Source: Macrostomum lignano (lineage: Eukaryota). Taken from it: DNA of 58,444 bases. This document shows, in pieces, positions 47,901-58,444 of this stretch; the first letter of the stretch is position 1; each line of letters starts with the position of its first letter. Position numbers and translations under genes: made by a program. The stretch is from NCBI GenBank assembly GCA_002269645.1, contig NIVC01004140.1, positions 1 through 58,444 on the forward strand. Direction: 5' to 3'. The notes below the pieces were generated by a model, which was not told where the DNA came from, searched no databases, and saw nothing but the letters and a program-made list of their open reading frames with translations.

Positions 47901-50900
47901 GATGCCATTTCTGATGATAGCCCTCAGATTTGATGCCATTTCTGATGCCAGTCCTCAGATTTGATGCCATTTCTGATGCCAGTCCTCAGATTTGATGCCA
48001 TTTCTGATGCCAGTCCTCAGATTTGATGCCATTTCTGATGCCAGTCCTCAGATTTGATGCCATTTTGAATGCCAGCTTTCAGTCGTCATACTAAGCACCA
48101 CTTTTATCCTAGTTTTGACCAACCAATGAGCTTATTCAATAGTCTAAGTCTACCTTGAAAGTAATGCCTTATCAATTTTAGCCTCTAAATTTTTCTAAAC
48201 ATCAATCATCCCCCTTTCAGGCGAAATCCTGGTCAACAAGTCCATGACTCCGCTGGGCATACCCGAGATTCGCATACCCGACGTACAGCCAACGGTGCCG
48301 CAGGTGGACTACAGTGAGTCCTGTTCTCAATTGTGCTCACGATAGAACTGTCTGATTTCCATAAGGGACTGAAGCAGCGCAGCAGTAAACCCGGGCCGCC
48401 ACTTTAATCTAGGGCTGACCCCAAGTAAGGCACGGAGTATGTGCGGAGTACGGAGATGTCAAGATATTCAGTAGCTCTATTGTGAATACTGTATAATAGT
48501 TTTGCCGATATGTATCGAAAGTATTAATAAATAACCGCAACTCCACTGCCCAAAACAATTGCAGCCGCTGAGCCGCCGAAGGGCTGGCGCCAAATCCTAG
48601 TGGACCAGGGTCCCGAAGCCTTCGCCCGCGCCATCAAGGAGCACCCGAGCGTGCTGCTCACCGACACCACAATGCGCGACGCCCATCAGTCGCTCCTAGC
48701 AACCCGGGTTCGAACCTACGACCTACTGAAAATCGCGCCCTACGCGGCCAGAAATTTGTCCGGCCTGCTGTCGCTGGAGTGCTGGGGCGGCGCAACCTTC
48801 GACGTGGCCATGCGGTTCCTGCACGAGTGCCCCTGGGAGCGGCTGGAGGAGCTGCGCCAGCAGGTGCCCAACATCCCCTTCCAGATGCTGCTGCGCGGCG
48901 CCAGCGCTGTTGGCTACACCAACTATCCGGACAATGTGGTGTACAAGTTCTGCGACCAGGCCGTGAAATCCGGCATGGACATTTTCCGCGTGTTCGACTC
49001 GCTTAACTATGTTCCTAATATGGAAGTCGGCATGGACGCCGTGAGGAAGGCTGGCGGAGTTGTCGAGGCTGCCGTGTGCTACACTGGAGATGTGCTCAAG
49101 TAAGCTGAAATCAGTCCCAAGTGGCGCCGATAGATCTCATATTTCGCGTAAATATGTCGTAGATGGCGCCAAAAAGGTGTCTGAAATGGCGCCATAATTT
49201 ACTGAAATGGCGCCAAAAATTACTGAAATGGCGCCAAAAAGGTGTCTGAAATGGCGCCAAAATTTACTCAAATTGCGCCAAAATTTACTGAAATGGCGCC
49301 AAAAATTACTGAAATGGCGCCAAAATAGGTGTCTGAAATTCCATCAAACATTTTAACAAAATGGCGCCAAAATGGGTGCCTCAAATGGCGCAAAAAGCGT
49401 GTCTTAAATGGCGCCAAAACGGGTCGCATCTGGCACCAATATAGTTTTGATCTCATAAGGCATCATCAAGCTTCAAAACTGATGCCATTAAAATTTGGGG
49501 TCTCAATCGGGGCACTGGGGGGTGGCGCCAAAAAAATGAGTACTGGACTAAAAGTACAAGATGTGGAGCTTAGCTTTCAAAATTGCGGAAAGTCATCACG
49601 CCTAATCCTTTAATAACACCCAGCTCGAAAAAGTACAACATGGACTATTACCTGAAGACCGCCGACCAGCTGGTGGAGTCGGGCACGCACATCCTGGCCG
49701 TCAAGGACATGGCCGGCCTATTGAAACCGGCCGGCGCCCGCGCCCTCATCGGCGCCTTGAAGAAGGCCTTCCCGGACCACCCGCTGCACGTGCACACCCA
49801 CGACACCGCCGGCGCTGGAGTTGCCACACTGCTAGCCTGCGCCGATGCCGGCGCCGACATCATCGACTGCGCCGTCGACTCCATGAGCGGCATCACCTCG
49901 CAGCCGTCTATGGGCGCTTTGGTGTCCTGCCTGCAGCAGGACTGCGGAGTCAAACTCAGCGATGTCACTCCGTATAGCGCGTATTGGGAGGTGGCCAGGT
50001 ATGCGCCTGCTTCTCGGGGTGAATGTGTGAACTGTCAACAGGTGAACTGGTTTGTCCTGTTCCCAGGTGAACTGGTTTGTCCTGTTCCCAGGTGAACTGG
50101 TTTGTCCTGTTCCCAGGTAAACTGGTTTGTCCTGTTCCCAGGTGAACTGGTTTGTCCTGTTCCCAGGTGAATTGGTTTGTCCTGTTCCCAAGTAAACTGG
50201 TTTGTCCTGTTCCCAGGTGAACTGGTTTGTCCTGTTCCCAGGTGAACTGGTTTGTCCTGTTCCATTTTTTTTTCTTATTGATTATTACTAAGTCACCACT
50301 CACCGGTTTCCCGGCTTTAAGTCACCGGTTCCCCGGTACTAAGTCACCCGTTTTCTAGGTACTAAGTCACGGATTTCCCTGGTGGCATGCGCGGAAACCC
50401 AGCATCACCCCCGCTCCCGCAGGCGGCTGTACGCCAACTTTGAGTGCACCAGCACCATGCGCAGCGGCAACGCGGACGTGTACGAAAACGAGATCCCAGG
50501 TGGCCAGTACACCAACCTGCAGTTCCAGTCTATCAGCCTGGGCCTGTCCAACCAGTTTGAGCTGGTCAAGAAGAAATTTGCCGAAGCCAACGAGCTTATG
50601 GGCGATATTATTAAGGTTTGGCTTCGCCGTTTCCTTCTTTCTATAACTCCCATAATATCGTATACGCAATAATTTCTCTTATCACATTCTTATCCACTGG
50701 TTTTAATTCCCTACCCCAGTCTGGACTGCTCCCCCGGAATTCCGGTCTATACTACTCAGTTATCCTAGTCAATTATCCTACTCAATTATACTACTCAGTT
50801 GTACTACTCAATTATACTACTCAGTTATCCTACTCAGTTGTACTACTCAGTTGTACTACTCAATTATACTACTCAGTTATCCTACTCAGTTGTACTACTC

Positions 50901-52985
50901 AGTTGTACTACTCAATTATACTACTCAGTTATCCTACTCAATTATACTACTTAGTGTACTACTCAGTTGTACTACTCAATTATACTACTCAGTTATCCTA
51001 TTCAATTATACTACTCAGTTGTACTACTCAGTTGTACTACTCAGTTGTACTACTCAATTATACTACTCAGTTATCCTACTCAATTATACTACTCAGTGTA
51101 CTACTCAGTTGTACTACTCAATTATACTACTCAGATATCCTACTCAATTATACTACTCAGTTGTACTACTCAGTTGTACTACTCAATTATACTACTCAGT
51201 TATCCTACTCCATTATACTACACAGTGTACTACTCAGTTGTACTACTCAATTATACTACTCAGTTATCCTACTCAATTATACTACTCGTTGTGCTACTCA
51301 ATTATACTAGTCAATTATCCTACTCAATTATCCTACTCAATTATACTACTTAAATATACTACTCAATTATACTTCTCAATTATACTACTCAATTATACTA
51401 CTCAACTACACTACTCAATAACTATGCTTCTCGAACCCTCCAGGTGACTCCCAGCTCGAAGATCGTGGGCGACCTGGCCCAGTTCATGGTGGCCAACAAC
51501 CTGTCCAAGCAGGACGTCATCGACAAGGCCTCCGAGCTGTCCTTCCCCACCTCGGTGGTGGAATTCTTCGACGGCCTGATCGGCCAGCCGGTTGGCGGCT
51601 TCCCCGAGCAGCTGTCCCGCGGCGTCCTGCAGGGCCGGCAGCCGCGCTTCTCCGGCCGGCCGGGCGCCGAGTTGCCGCCGTTGGACTTCGACGCTCTGCG
51701 GGCCAGCCTGCAGGAGAAATTCGGCGACCAGGAGATCAGCGACAAAGACGTGATTAGCGCCGCTCTTTATCCGCGCGTGTTCGACGACTTCGCGGCGATC
51801 CGCCAGAAGTACGGGCCGGTCAGCAAGCTGCAGACCCGCGTGTTCTTCCAGGGCCCGAAGATTGCCGAGGAGCTGGAGCTCCACCTGGAGCGCGGCAAGA
51901 CCATCTACATCAAGCCGCTGGCCGTGGCCGAGCCGGACAAGACGGGCAAGAGCGAGTGCTTCTTCGAGCTGAACGGCCAGCAGAGAGTGGTCTACATCAC
52001 TGACAAGGTAATGCTAGCAGCTGGCTTAGCTAAAGATCTTAGTAAAACTTCTTACAGTCATAAAAGAACAATGGGAATCGCTGGAACTTCACTAGAAGCA
52101 GTTAAAGAACCGCCTTTAAATCCACCAGGATCATCGCCCCCCTATCCATCAGAATCGCCCCTGATCCTTCAGAACCGCCCCTGATCCATCAGAATCGCCC
52201 CTGATCCATCAGAATCGCCCCCGATCCATCAGAATCGCCCCCGATCCAAAAGAATCGCCGGCCACCGATCCATCAGAATCGCCCCCGATCCATCAGAATC
52301 GCCCCCGATCCATCAGAATCGCCCCTGATCCATCAGAATCGCCGGCCCCCGATCCATCAGAATCGCCGGCCCCCGATCCATCAGAATCGCCGGCTCCCGA
52401 TCCATCAGAATCGCCCCCGATCCATCAGAATCGCCCCTGATCCTGCAGAAGAATCGCCGGCCCCCGATCTATCAGAATCGCCCCCGATCCATCAGAATCG
52501 CCGGCCCCCGATCCATCAGAATCGCCCCCGATCCATCAGAATCGCCCCTGATCCTGCAGAAGAATCGCCCTGAACCATGGAAAAAATGTCCTCAAATCGC
52601 ATAAAAGTTGAAGCTCAAAATGCTTGCTTATATTCGTAAACTTTTAGTAACTTGCTATTATTACTTAGCAAAACCGCATCGGTCTACTATTTAGTAGAAA
52701 AACGCGTTTTTTTCACTTTTTTAGGAGGCTTCAAAGAACGTGACCATCCGTCCCAAGGCCAAGGCCACCGTCAAGGGCTCCATCGGTGCCCCGATGCCTG
52801 GCGAGATCCTCGACGTCAAGGTGCAGTCGGACGATGTGGTTGAGAAGGGCCAGCCGCTCATGGTGGTGTCCGCCATGAAGATGGAGCTGGTGGTCACCGC
52901 GCCAATCGCCGGCCGAATCAAAACCATCCACGTTGGCGCCGGGGACAAAGTGGAGGGCAACGATCTGCTCATCGATATGGAGTGA
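39607..52985 (+). CDS. PC: Pyruvate carboxylase, mitochondrial (1194 aa, 10 exons)
   Basis: Exons 39607-39966, 40375-40881, 41557-41784, 46739-47207, 48221-48313, 48565-49099, 49624-49998, 50423-50615, 51444-52007, 52725-52985; all GT-AG, 3585 nt in frame. Motifs [61 protein letters not shown], and the biotin motif AMKM; Arg/Ser-rich N-terminal presequence. Confidence 0.97.
40065..40345. repeat. Degenerate CTGTCACTCTTA-type repeat, PC intron 1
   Basis: Direct observation. Confidence 0.8.
40903..41479 (+). mobile_element. Non-autonomous hAT element carrying the ~450-nt passenger (copy 2), PC intron 2
   Basis: TIRs TAGGGAATACAA..TCCCG / CGGGATTGTATTCCCTA; 8-bp TSD GCTAGGGG / GCCAGGGG; ATCCCGGGAT subterminal motifs; passenger at 40951-41398. 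Confidence 0.8.
41807..42210. repeat. (GACA)n microsatellite with ACTAAGACG interruptions, PC intron 3
   Basis: Direct observation. Confidence 0.95.
42993..43738. repeat. 21/32-bp compound minisatellite, PC intron 3
   Basis: Units TTTCTATGAGCCAGTCCTCA and CTTCTATGAGCCAGTCCTCATGGGTGCCA. Confidence 0.95.
44465..46617. repeat. 35-bp minisatellite, ~60 copies, PC intron 3
   Basis: TTTCTATGAGCCAGTCCCCTGGTTAATTATGCCA-type units with recurring variant blocks. Confidence 0.97.
47240..48078. repeat. ~31-bp minisatellite, PC intron 4
   Basis: CTGATGCCAGTCCTCAGATTTGATGCCATTT. Confidence 0.95.
49120..49535. repeat. Degenerate AAATGGCGCCAAAA repeat cluster, PC intron 6
   Basis: More than 10 copies of the motif at irregular spacing. 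Confidence 0.8.
50038..50263. repeat. 25-bp minisatellite x9, PC intron 7
   Basis: CAGGTGAACTGGTTTGTCCTGTTCC. Confidence 0.95.
50748..51420. repeat. 12-mer-based compound satellite, PC intron 8
   Basis: TACTCAATTATAC / TACTCAGTTGTAC / TACTCAGTTATCC variants. Confidence 0.93.
52143..52572. repeat. ~20-23-bp minisatellite, PC intron 9
   Basis: GATCCATCAGAATCGCC(GG)CCCC. Confidence 0.93.
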
Positions 52986-53149
52986 TGGCGGTTGCGCAGC
53001 TGCCGGACTCACTGTTGCTGGCGGTGTGGGAGCCCTTTGATTCTGGTAGCAACGACTGGTTCTGGCTTGTCTAGTGGGTGCCGCTATGCCGAGTTTCATT
53101 GGCCTTGGCCTCCTCTCTGCATGCATCAGCTCTCTGTCTTCAGCTCTCT

Positions 53150-53600
53150 CCTACTCCCTCCTTCCAGTCTCTCCTCCACCCTCTCCATCCTCTCCTTCCT
53201 TTCCACTCCTCTCCACCCTCTCCACCCTCTCCTTCCTCTTTACCCTCTCTACTCTCTCCACCCTCTCCTTCCTCTCCACCCTCTCCTTCCTCTCCACCCT
53301 CTCCTTCCTCTTTACCCTCTCTACTCTCTCCACCCTCTCCTTCCTCTCCACCCTCTCCTTCCTCTCCACCCTCTCCTTCCTCTCCACCCTCTCCTTCCTC
53401 TCCACCCTTTCCTTCCTCTCCACCCTCTCCTTCCTCTCCACCCTCTCCTTCCTCTCCACCCTCTCTTTCCTCTTTACCCTCTCCACCCTCTCCTTCCTCT
53501 CCTTCCTCTTTACCCTCTCCACCCTCTCCTTCCTCTCCACCCTCTCCTTCTCCCTCTTCCACTCTCTCTCTCTCTGTCTTCCTCTCCTCTTCTCCCCTCT
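53150..53600. repeat. CT-rich polypyrimidine satellite downstream of the PC stop
   Basis: (CTCTCCACCCTCTCCTTC)n. Confidence 0.95.
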
Positions 53601-54542
53601 CTTTTCTTAATACACTCAAGATCCCGTCAGTCCCCTTGCCTCCCGCTCTCAGACTATCCTCATTTGTTATATTCGTGCATCAGAATTCAGTTTGTAACAA
53701 ACTCGGCCAGTGCAACCGCAGCCACTCCTCAACTCGCCGCCAGTGCCTGTCAGCAGATATTTATCAGCAACTCGAGTCCCACAGCCAGATTCCTGCGTTT
53801 CCTTTAGTTTTCTACATCCGCGTTTTTCTGTTATTTTTTAGTCCGTATGAACTGTTCATTAGGCTCCGTGATCATGCACCGGTTGAACTCGCGCAGTGTC
53901 TGTTCTGATTATCAATGACGCTTGCAGTTTTTTTAATGAGCGCTAGAAATTTTTATTTAATAGGAATTTTCTCCCATTTTGCCATAATTATTATGCATAG
54001 TAGACTTTATTATTATAATTCGTCACGAATGCACCGCGTGATAGGCTTTGTTTTACTTAGCTAGCAATCAACATTCACTTGTTTGTTTTTTCTGTCAATT
54101 TATAAACTTTCTGCATGTTTATTGAGTAGCCTACTTATAGTACCGTGTACGCATCTTGCCTTATTGTTGTAGTTTTTATATTAAAATTCTGTTACAGAAA
54201 CTGGTCTCCCATTAGTCCTTAGAGCTGCTTTTTGGCCAAATTATGAGTTTTTTGGTTTTATAAATCAAATATGAAAGAATAGCTGCATGGCAATGCCCTC
54301 GAGAATTTGATGTTAATAAATTTATTGACCTGTCTGCTGCTCTGCTTGTCCATTTCTTTTTCAACGTTCCATTATGAGGATTGTTGCCCAATCAGCAAGA
54401 TTTTTGGTTAAATTTTGTTATATCGAACTAACACAATATACTTGGCTATCTTTTAACCAACTGGAAAAATACGTATTTTCGAATTGTTTTCGCTATTCAA
54501 TCATTAATATTTATTGATATTGTTGCTTTAGTTTCTGTTTAA

Positions 54543-55727
54543 AGTGTCCATTGGGTTGCATGGGATGTTTAAGGTGTCCATTGGGTTGCATGGGTTTTTT
54601 CATGTGTCCATTGGGTTGCATGGGATGTTTAAGGTGTCCATTGGGTTGCATGGGATGTTTCAGGTGTCCATTAGATTGCATGGGATGTTTCAGGTGTCCA
54701 TTAGATTGCATGGGATGTTTCAGGTGTCCATTAGCTTGCATGGGATGTTTCAGGTGTCCATTAGCTTGCATGGGATGTTTCAGGTGTCCATTAGATTGCA
54801 TGGGATGTTTCAGGTGTCCATTAGCTTGCATGGGATGTTTCAGGTGTCCATTAGCTTGCATGGAATGTTTCAGGTGTCCATTGGGTTGTATGGAATGTTT
54901 CAGGTGTCCATTAGCTTGCATGGGATGTTTCAGGTGTCCATTAGCTTGCATGGAATGTTTCAGGTGTCCATTGGGTTGTATGGAATGTTTAAGGTGTCCA
55001 TTGGGTTGTATGGAATGTTTCAGGTGTCCATTGGGTTGTATGGAATGTTTAAGGTGTCCATTGGGTTGTATGGAATGTTTCAGGTGTCCATTGGGTTGTA
55101 TGGAATGTTTCAGGTGTCCATTGGTTTGTATGGAATGTTTCAGGTGTCCATTGGGTTGTATGGAATGTTTAAGGTGTCCATTGGGTTGTATGGAATGTTT
55201 CAGGTGTCCATTGGGTTGTATGGAATGTTTCAGGTGTCCATTGGGTTGCATGGAATGTTTCAGGTGTCCATTTGGTTGCATGGGATGTTTCAGGTGTCCA
55301 TTGTGTTACATGGGATGTTTCGGATGTCAATTTGGTTTAACGGGATGTCTCAGGTGTCAATTTGGTTGAACGGGATGTCTCAGGTGTCAATTTGGTTGAA
55401 CAGGGATGTCTCAGGTGTCAATTTGGTTGAACAGGGATGTCTCAGGTGTCAATTTGGTTGAACAGGGATGTCTCAGGTGTCAATTTGGTTGAACAGGGAT
55501 GTCTCAGGTGTCAATTTGGTTGAACAGGGATGTCTCAGGTGTCAATTTGGTTGAACAGGGATGTCTCAGGTGTCAATTTGGTTGAACAGGGATGTCTCAG
55601 GTGTCAATTTGGTTGAACAGGGATGTCTCAGGTGTCAATTTGGTTGAACGGGATGTCTCAGGTGTCAATTTGGTTGAACGGGATGTCTCAGGTGTCAATT
55701 TGGTTGAACAGGGATGTCTCAGGTGTC
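54543..55727. repeat. Two abutting related satellites (30-bp then 31-bp units)
   Basis: TTTCAGGTGTCCATTGGGTTGYATGGRATG then GATGTCTCAGGTGTCAATTTGGTTGAACAGG; a relic unit reappears at ~56240. Confidence 0.95.
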
Positions 55728-57201
55728 CTTGGGGTTGAATACGAGTGGGATGTCTCGGGTGTCTGTCGGGTCAACCCGTTGAAAACGTTATCGTGACAAG
55801 AATCGCTAAAAGAATCCTTGCCAACAGTTCACTAGTGGCTCTGGGACGACTCTCGACTCAACCGACTGTAAATGCAACGGAGAGGCGACTGTTGAGTCAT
55901 GGGCGAATCACGCGAGTTTTAGAATCGTAACAGTCGCGAAAAAATCGTCCGAGAGCGCTTAACTTTCTGCGGACTCTAGTACGTATCAGGTACGACTCCA
56001 CGGCCCCAGAGTCATTATACATGTAGAAGCGCCCCATAATCGTTTCAGAATTCAGAGACAATGCCTCAAATTGACTCTAAGGTAATTTTTTATGGCGACT
56101 TATACTGTGACATCTCATCGTTTTAGAGTCGTCTTAGGTAACTTTTCTATTTTACCTGTGTCCCTGCAACGATTCCCGGGCGGCGCAAATGACTCCGGGA
56201 CGCTTCTTGGCCAAGGTTACTGTTTTCATCGGGTGAATGAGATGCTTCAGGTGTCCATCAGTTTGAATGTTTCGGATGACCATCAGTGCATTAGTACAAT
56301 GCTCGATCATGCTCAACTCGCACTCTTCCTTATGTAGTGCTTTCTTCATTCAACACTGCCCAAGATTGAAGCTCTGAATCTTTGCTGACAGCTGCTCAGT
56401 TAATCTTTTTAGAAGTTCTCTGACAAGGCATGCCATGCAAAGCATTCTCGCTGCTGTCTTTTGTTTCAATTTTTTTGTATTAGCTGCCATCCGTAGCTTC
56501 ACTTGGTTTCGTGTAGCTTAACAATGACCTCCCTGGGGTTGCTCGGAGCGGCAGTGCTTCCTCCAGCGCTGGAGAAAACGCGCGACCACCCGCGTTGCTG
56601 TGCGAAGCAGAAGAAAGCTGCTACTAGGAGAAGCAGTCATGCAGAGAACTCCGCAGCAGTTCTTCGCGCGCGCTTCGGATCCACTTCCTGAAGGCGATCC
56701 GTGCAGATTCAGGAAATTGCCATAGCCGTGTCATTCATCCTGCCCTGTGGGAGTGCAGATGCAGGTCTGTGGGCAAGCCGCATGACTGTATGGAGATTAA
56801 ACCACCTTACCTAGGGAGGCTGAGAAAAACTGTCAGCCGTGTCAATCAAGCGAGACAAAGCGAGCTTTGTTTCTTGTCTCTCTGCTGCATGGTCAAGATG
56901 GACAAAGGGGGAGCTGAGCTGCTTGTGTTTTGCTGGTTACCATGGCAACCTGTCTGAACTGCTCGCCAGTCTGCCCAAGAGAACTTTTGCCACTAGGCCG
57001 CGAGTCGCAGCAACCAATGAAATTGCATCTGCATGAATTTCATTCATTCATGCCATTGTTTCTTGTGGCGAATTTTGTATATAATACGCATCCGCCTAAG
57101 ACGTCTTGGCTTGGTCTCTTGGCTTGCCTGCAAATCTAGTCAAAGGGTGTCCAGCAGCCTTCAGTCTTCATCCAGCTTACTGTAACCGCCAGTGCGCCAG
57201 C

Positions 57202-57964
57202 ATGCAGCGCTCCGTGCACCTGATTGTCCTCCTATCCGTGCCTCTGGCCCTGCTGTTCCTGGTGGCGATGAGTCAGCCAAGTGTGCTGCATCACGGATAC
57301 ATCGGCTGCTTTGTTGACAGCAACAGCAATAGAGATTTGAAAGGCCTGACTGGGCTGAAGACCATCGGGCCTTTCACCGATAAGATAGAGTTCGCCTACT
57401 TTTTCAATATGGCCACCGTCACCATCGAGAGCTGCAGCAGCCTCTGCGCCCTGGGCAGATTTCGCTACTTCGGTCTGCAGGCACGAGCCTTCTGCTTCTG
57501 CGGCAACAGCTACGGACTGCACGGAGCCGCTCCATCAGATTCTGAGTGTAACGAAGACTGCACTGGAAACAGCAGCCAGAAGTGCGGCGGTCAAAGTAGA
57601 AACTCCATTTATGAGAACATCTATGCGCCCGGTAAGAACATTTTCGGGTCTTTTGGCTAACAATTCCTGCATCTACATTTTTCTGCATTTGTGCTGCTGC
57701 TCAGAGACCGGCCTCTTCAAGCGCGTGGCCTCAACCAAGTCGATGCTCACCACCGCGCCCGGACAGCCGGAGAACAGCACCTACTGGAGCCAGGAGGCCA
57801 CGGTGGCCTTCGAGTGTCTCGCCGCCTGCCACCGAAGCCCGGACTGCCTCGCCTGCGCCTTCGTGCAGTCCAGCCGGATGTGCCGCCTCATGAGATTCGC
57901 CGCTGTGCCCAGCGAGGTCGCCAGCGAGGCCCAGTGGGTCTGGGTGAAGCTGTACACTGAGTAA
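57202..57964 (+). CDS. Secreted WSC-domain + PAN/Apple-like protein (229 aa, 2 exons)
   Basis: Exons 57202-57631 and 57705-57964 (phase 1, GT-AG). Hydrophobic signal peptide; WSC motifs YIGCFVD, TIESCSSLC, YFGLQARAFCFCGN, CNEDCTGNSSQKCGG; C-terminal ECLAACHRSPDCLACAF...CRL (PAN-like). Confidence 0.88.
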
Positions 57965-58444
57965 CCTGCGATGGTCTGTCGCTGATCATTTTGGTAGATT
58001 CTCTAGGCATGAAGTCTCTGCACACCTGTAGCTGCTCTTTGGCGCAACATCCGATGGAATATTGACAATATTTAATATATTTTCTAGACTATATTTATTG
58101 CCTCTCTGCTTTGGTATGAGCCAGTTAATAGATTACATTGCTTCAATGCCTGTGCGAGCTATATAACAAATACAATGCATGTAGATCGAGATTTCAAGAT
58201 TAGTACGAGTTTGACCTTTTGGCAAAAAATGCATTGGCTGACTCTGATGCTGTGCTGCTTAACATTTTAGTAGCTCGTAAAAGGTAGCTTATAGTTAGAA
58301 TTGGTGAAAAATGAAAATCAAACTCGCCGCCTATTTTTAGCATCTAAAACTGACTTATGCTACTGAAACAGTAGTAGATGTAATCAGAGCAATTTCGTTT
58401 TATTTTATGCGAGAATTACCCAGGCATATATCAGATACTTCTCC

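Overview
Eukaryotic (animal) genomic DNA with GC-rich exons, AT-rich introns and abundant minisatellites. The style suggests a free-living flatworm such as Macrostomum, but that is inference only. Host genes: the 5' part of a UBE2Q-type ubiquitin-conjugating enzyme (- strand, three single-base frameshifts), a GABPA-like OST-PNT-ETS transcription factor (-), an intact 10-exon mitochondrial pyruvate carboxylase (+, 1194 aa) and a secreted WSC+PAN/Apple protein (+). The centre (15687-36226) is a four-level nest of DNA transposons whose ends and target-site duplications can be read directly: a Mutator/MULE contains a CMC/EnSpm element, which contains a second CMC/EnSpm element (itself carrying a mariner in an intron) and a hAT MITE. 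Both CMC elements encode a full-length transposase plus a spliced BEN-like accessory protein, in opposite gene order. Other highlights: a 277-bp MITE carrying a 28S rRNA fragment whose R2/I-PpoI site is scrambled, a hAT MITE family carrying a ~450-nt structured passenger (two copies), and distinct minisatellites in most host introns. Splice models and alignments were made by eye and nothing was database-searched.
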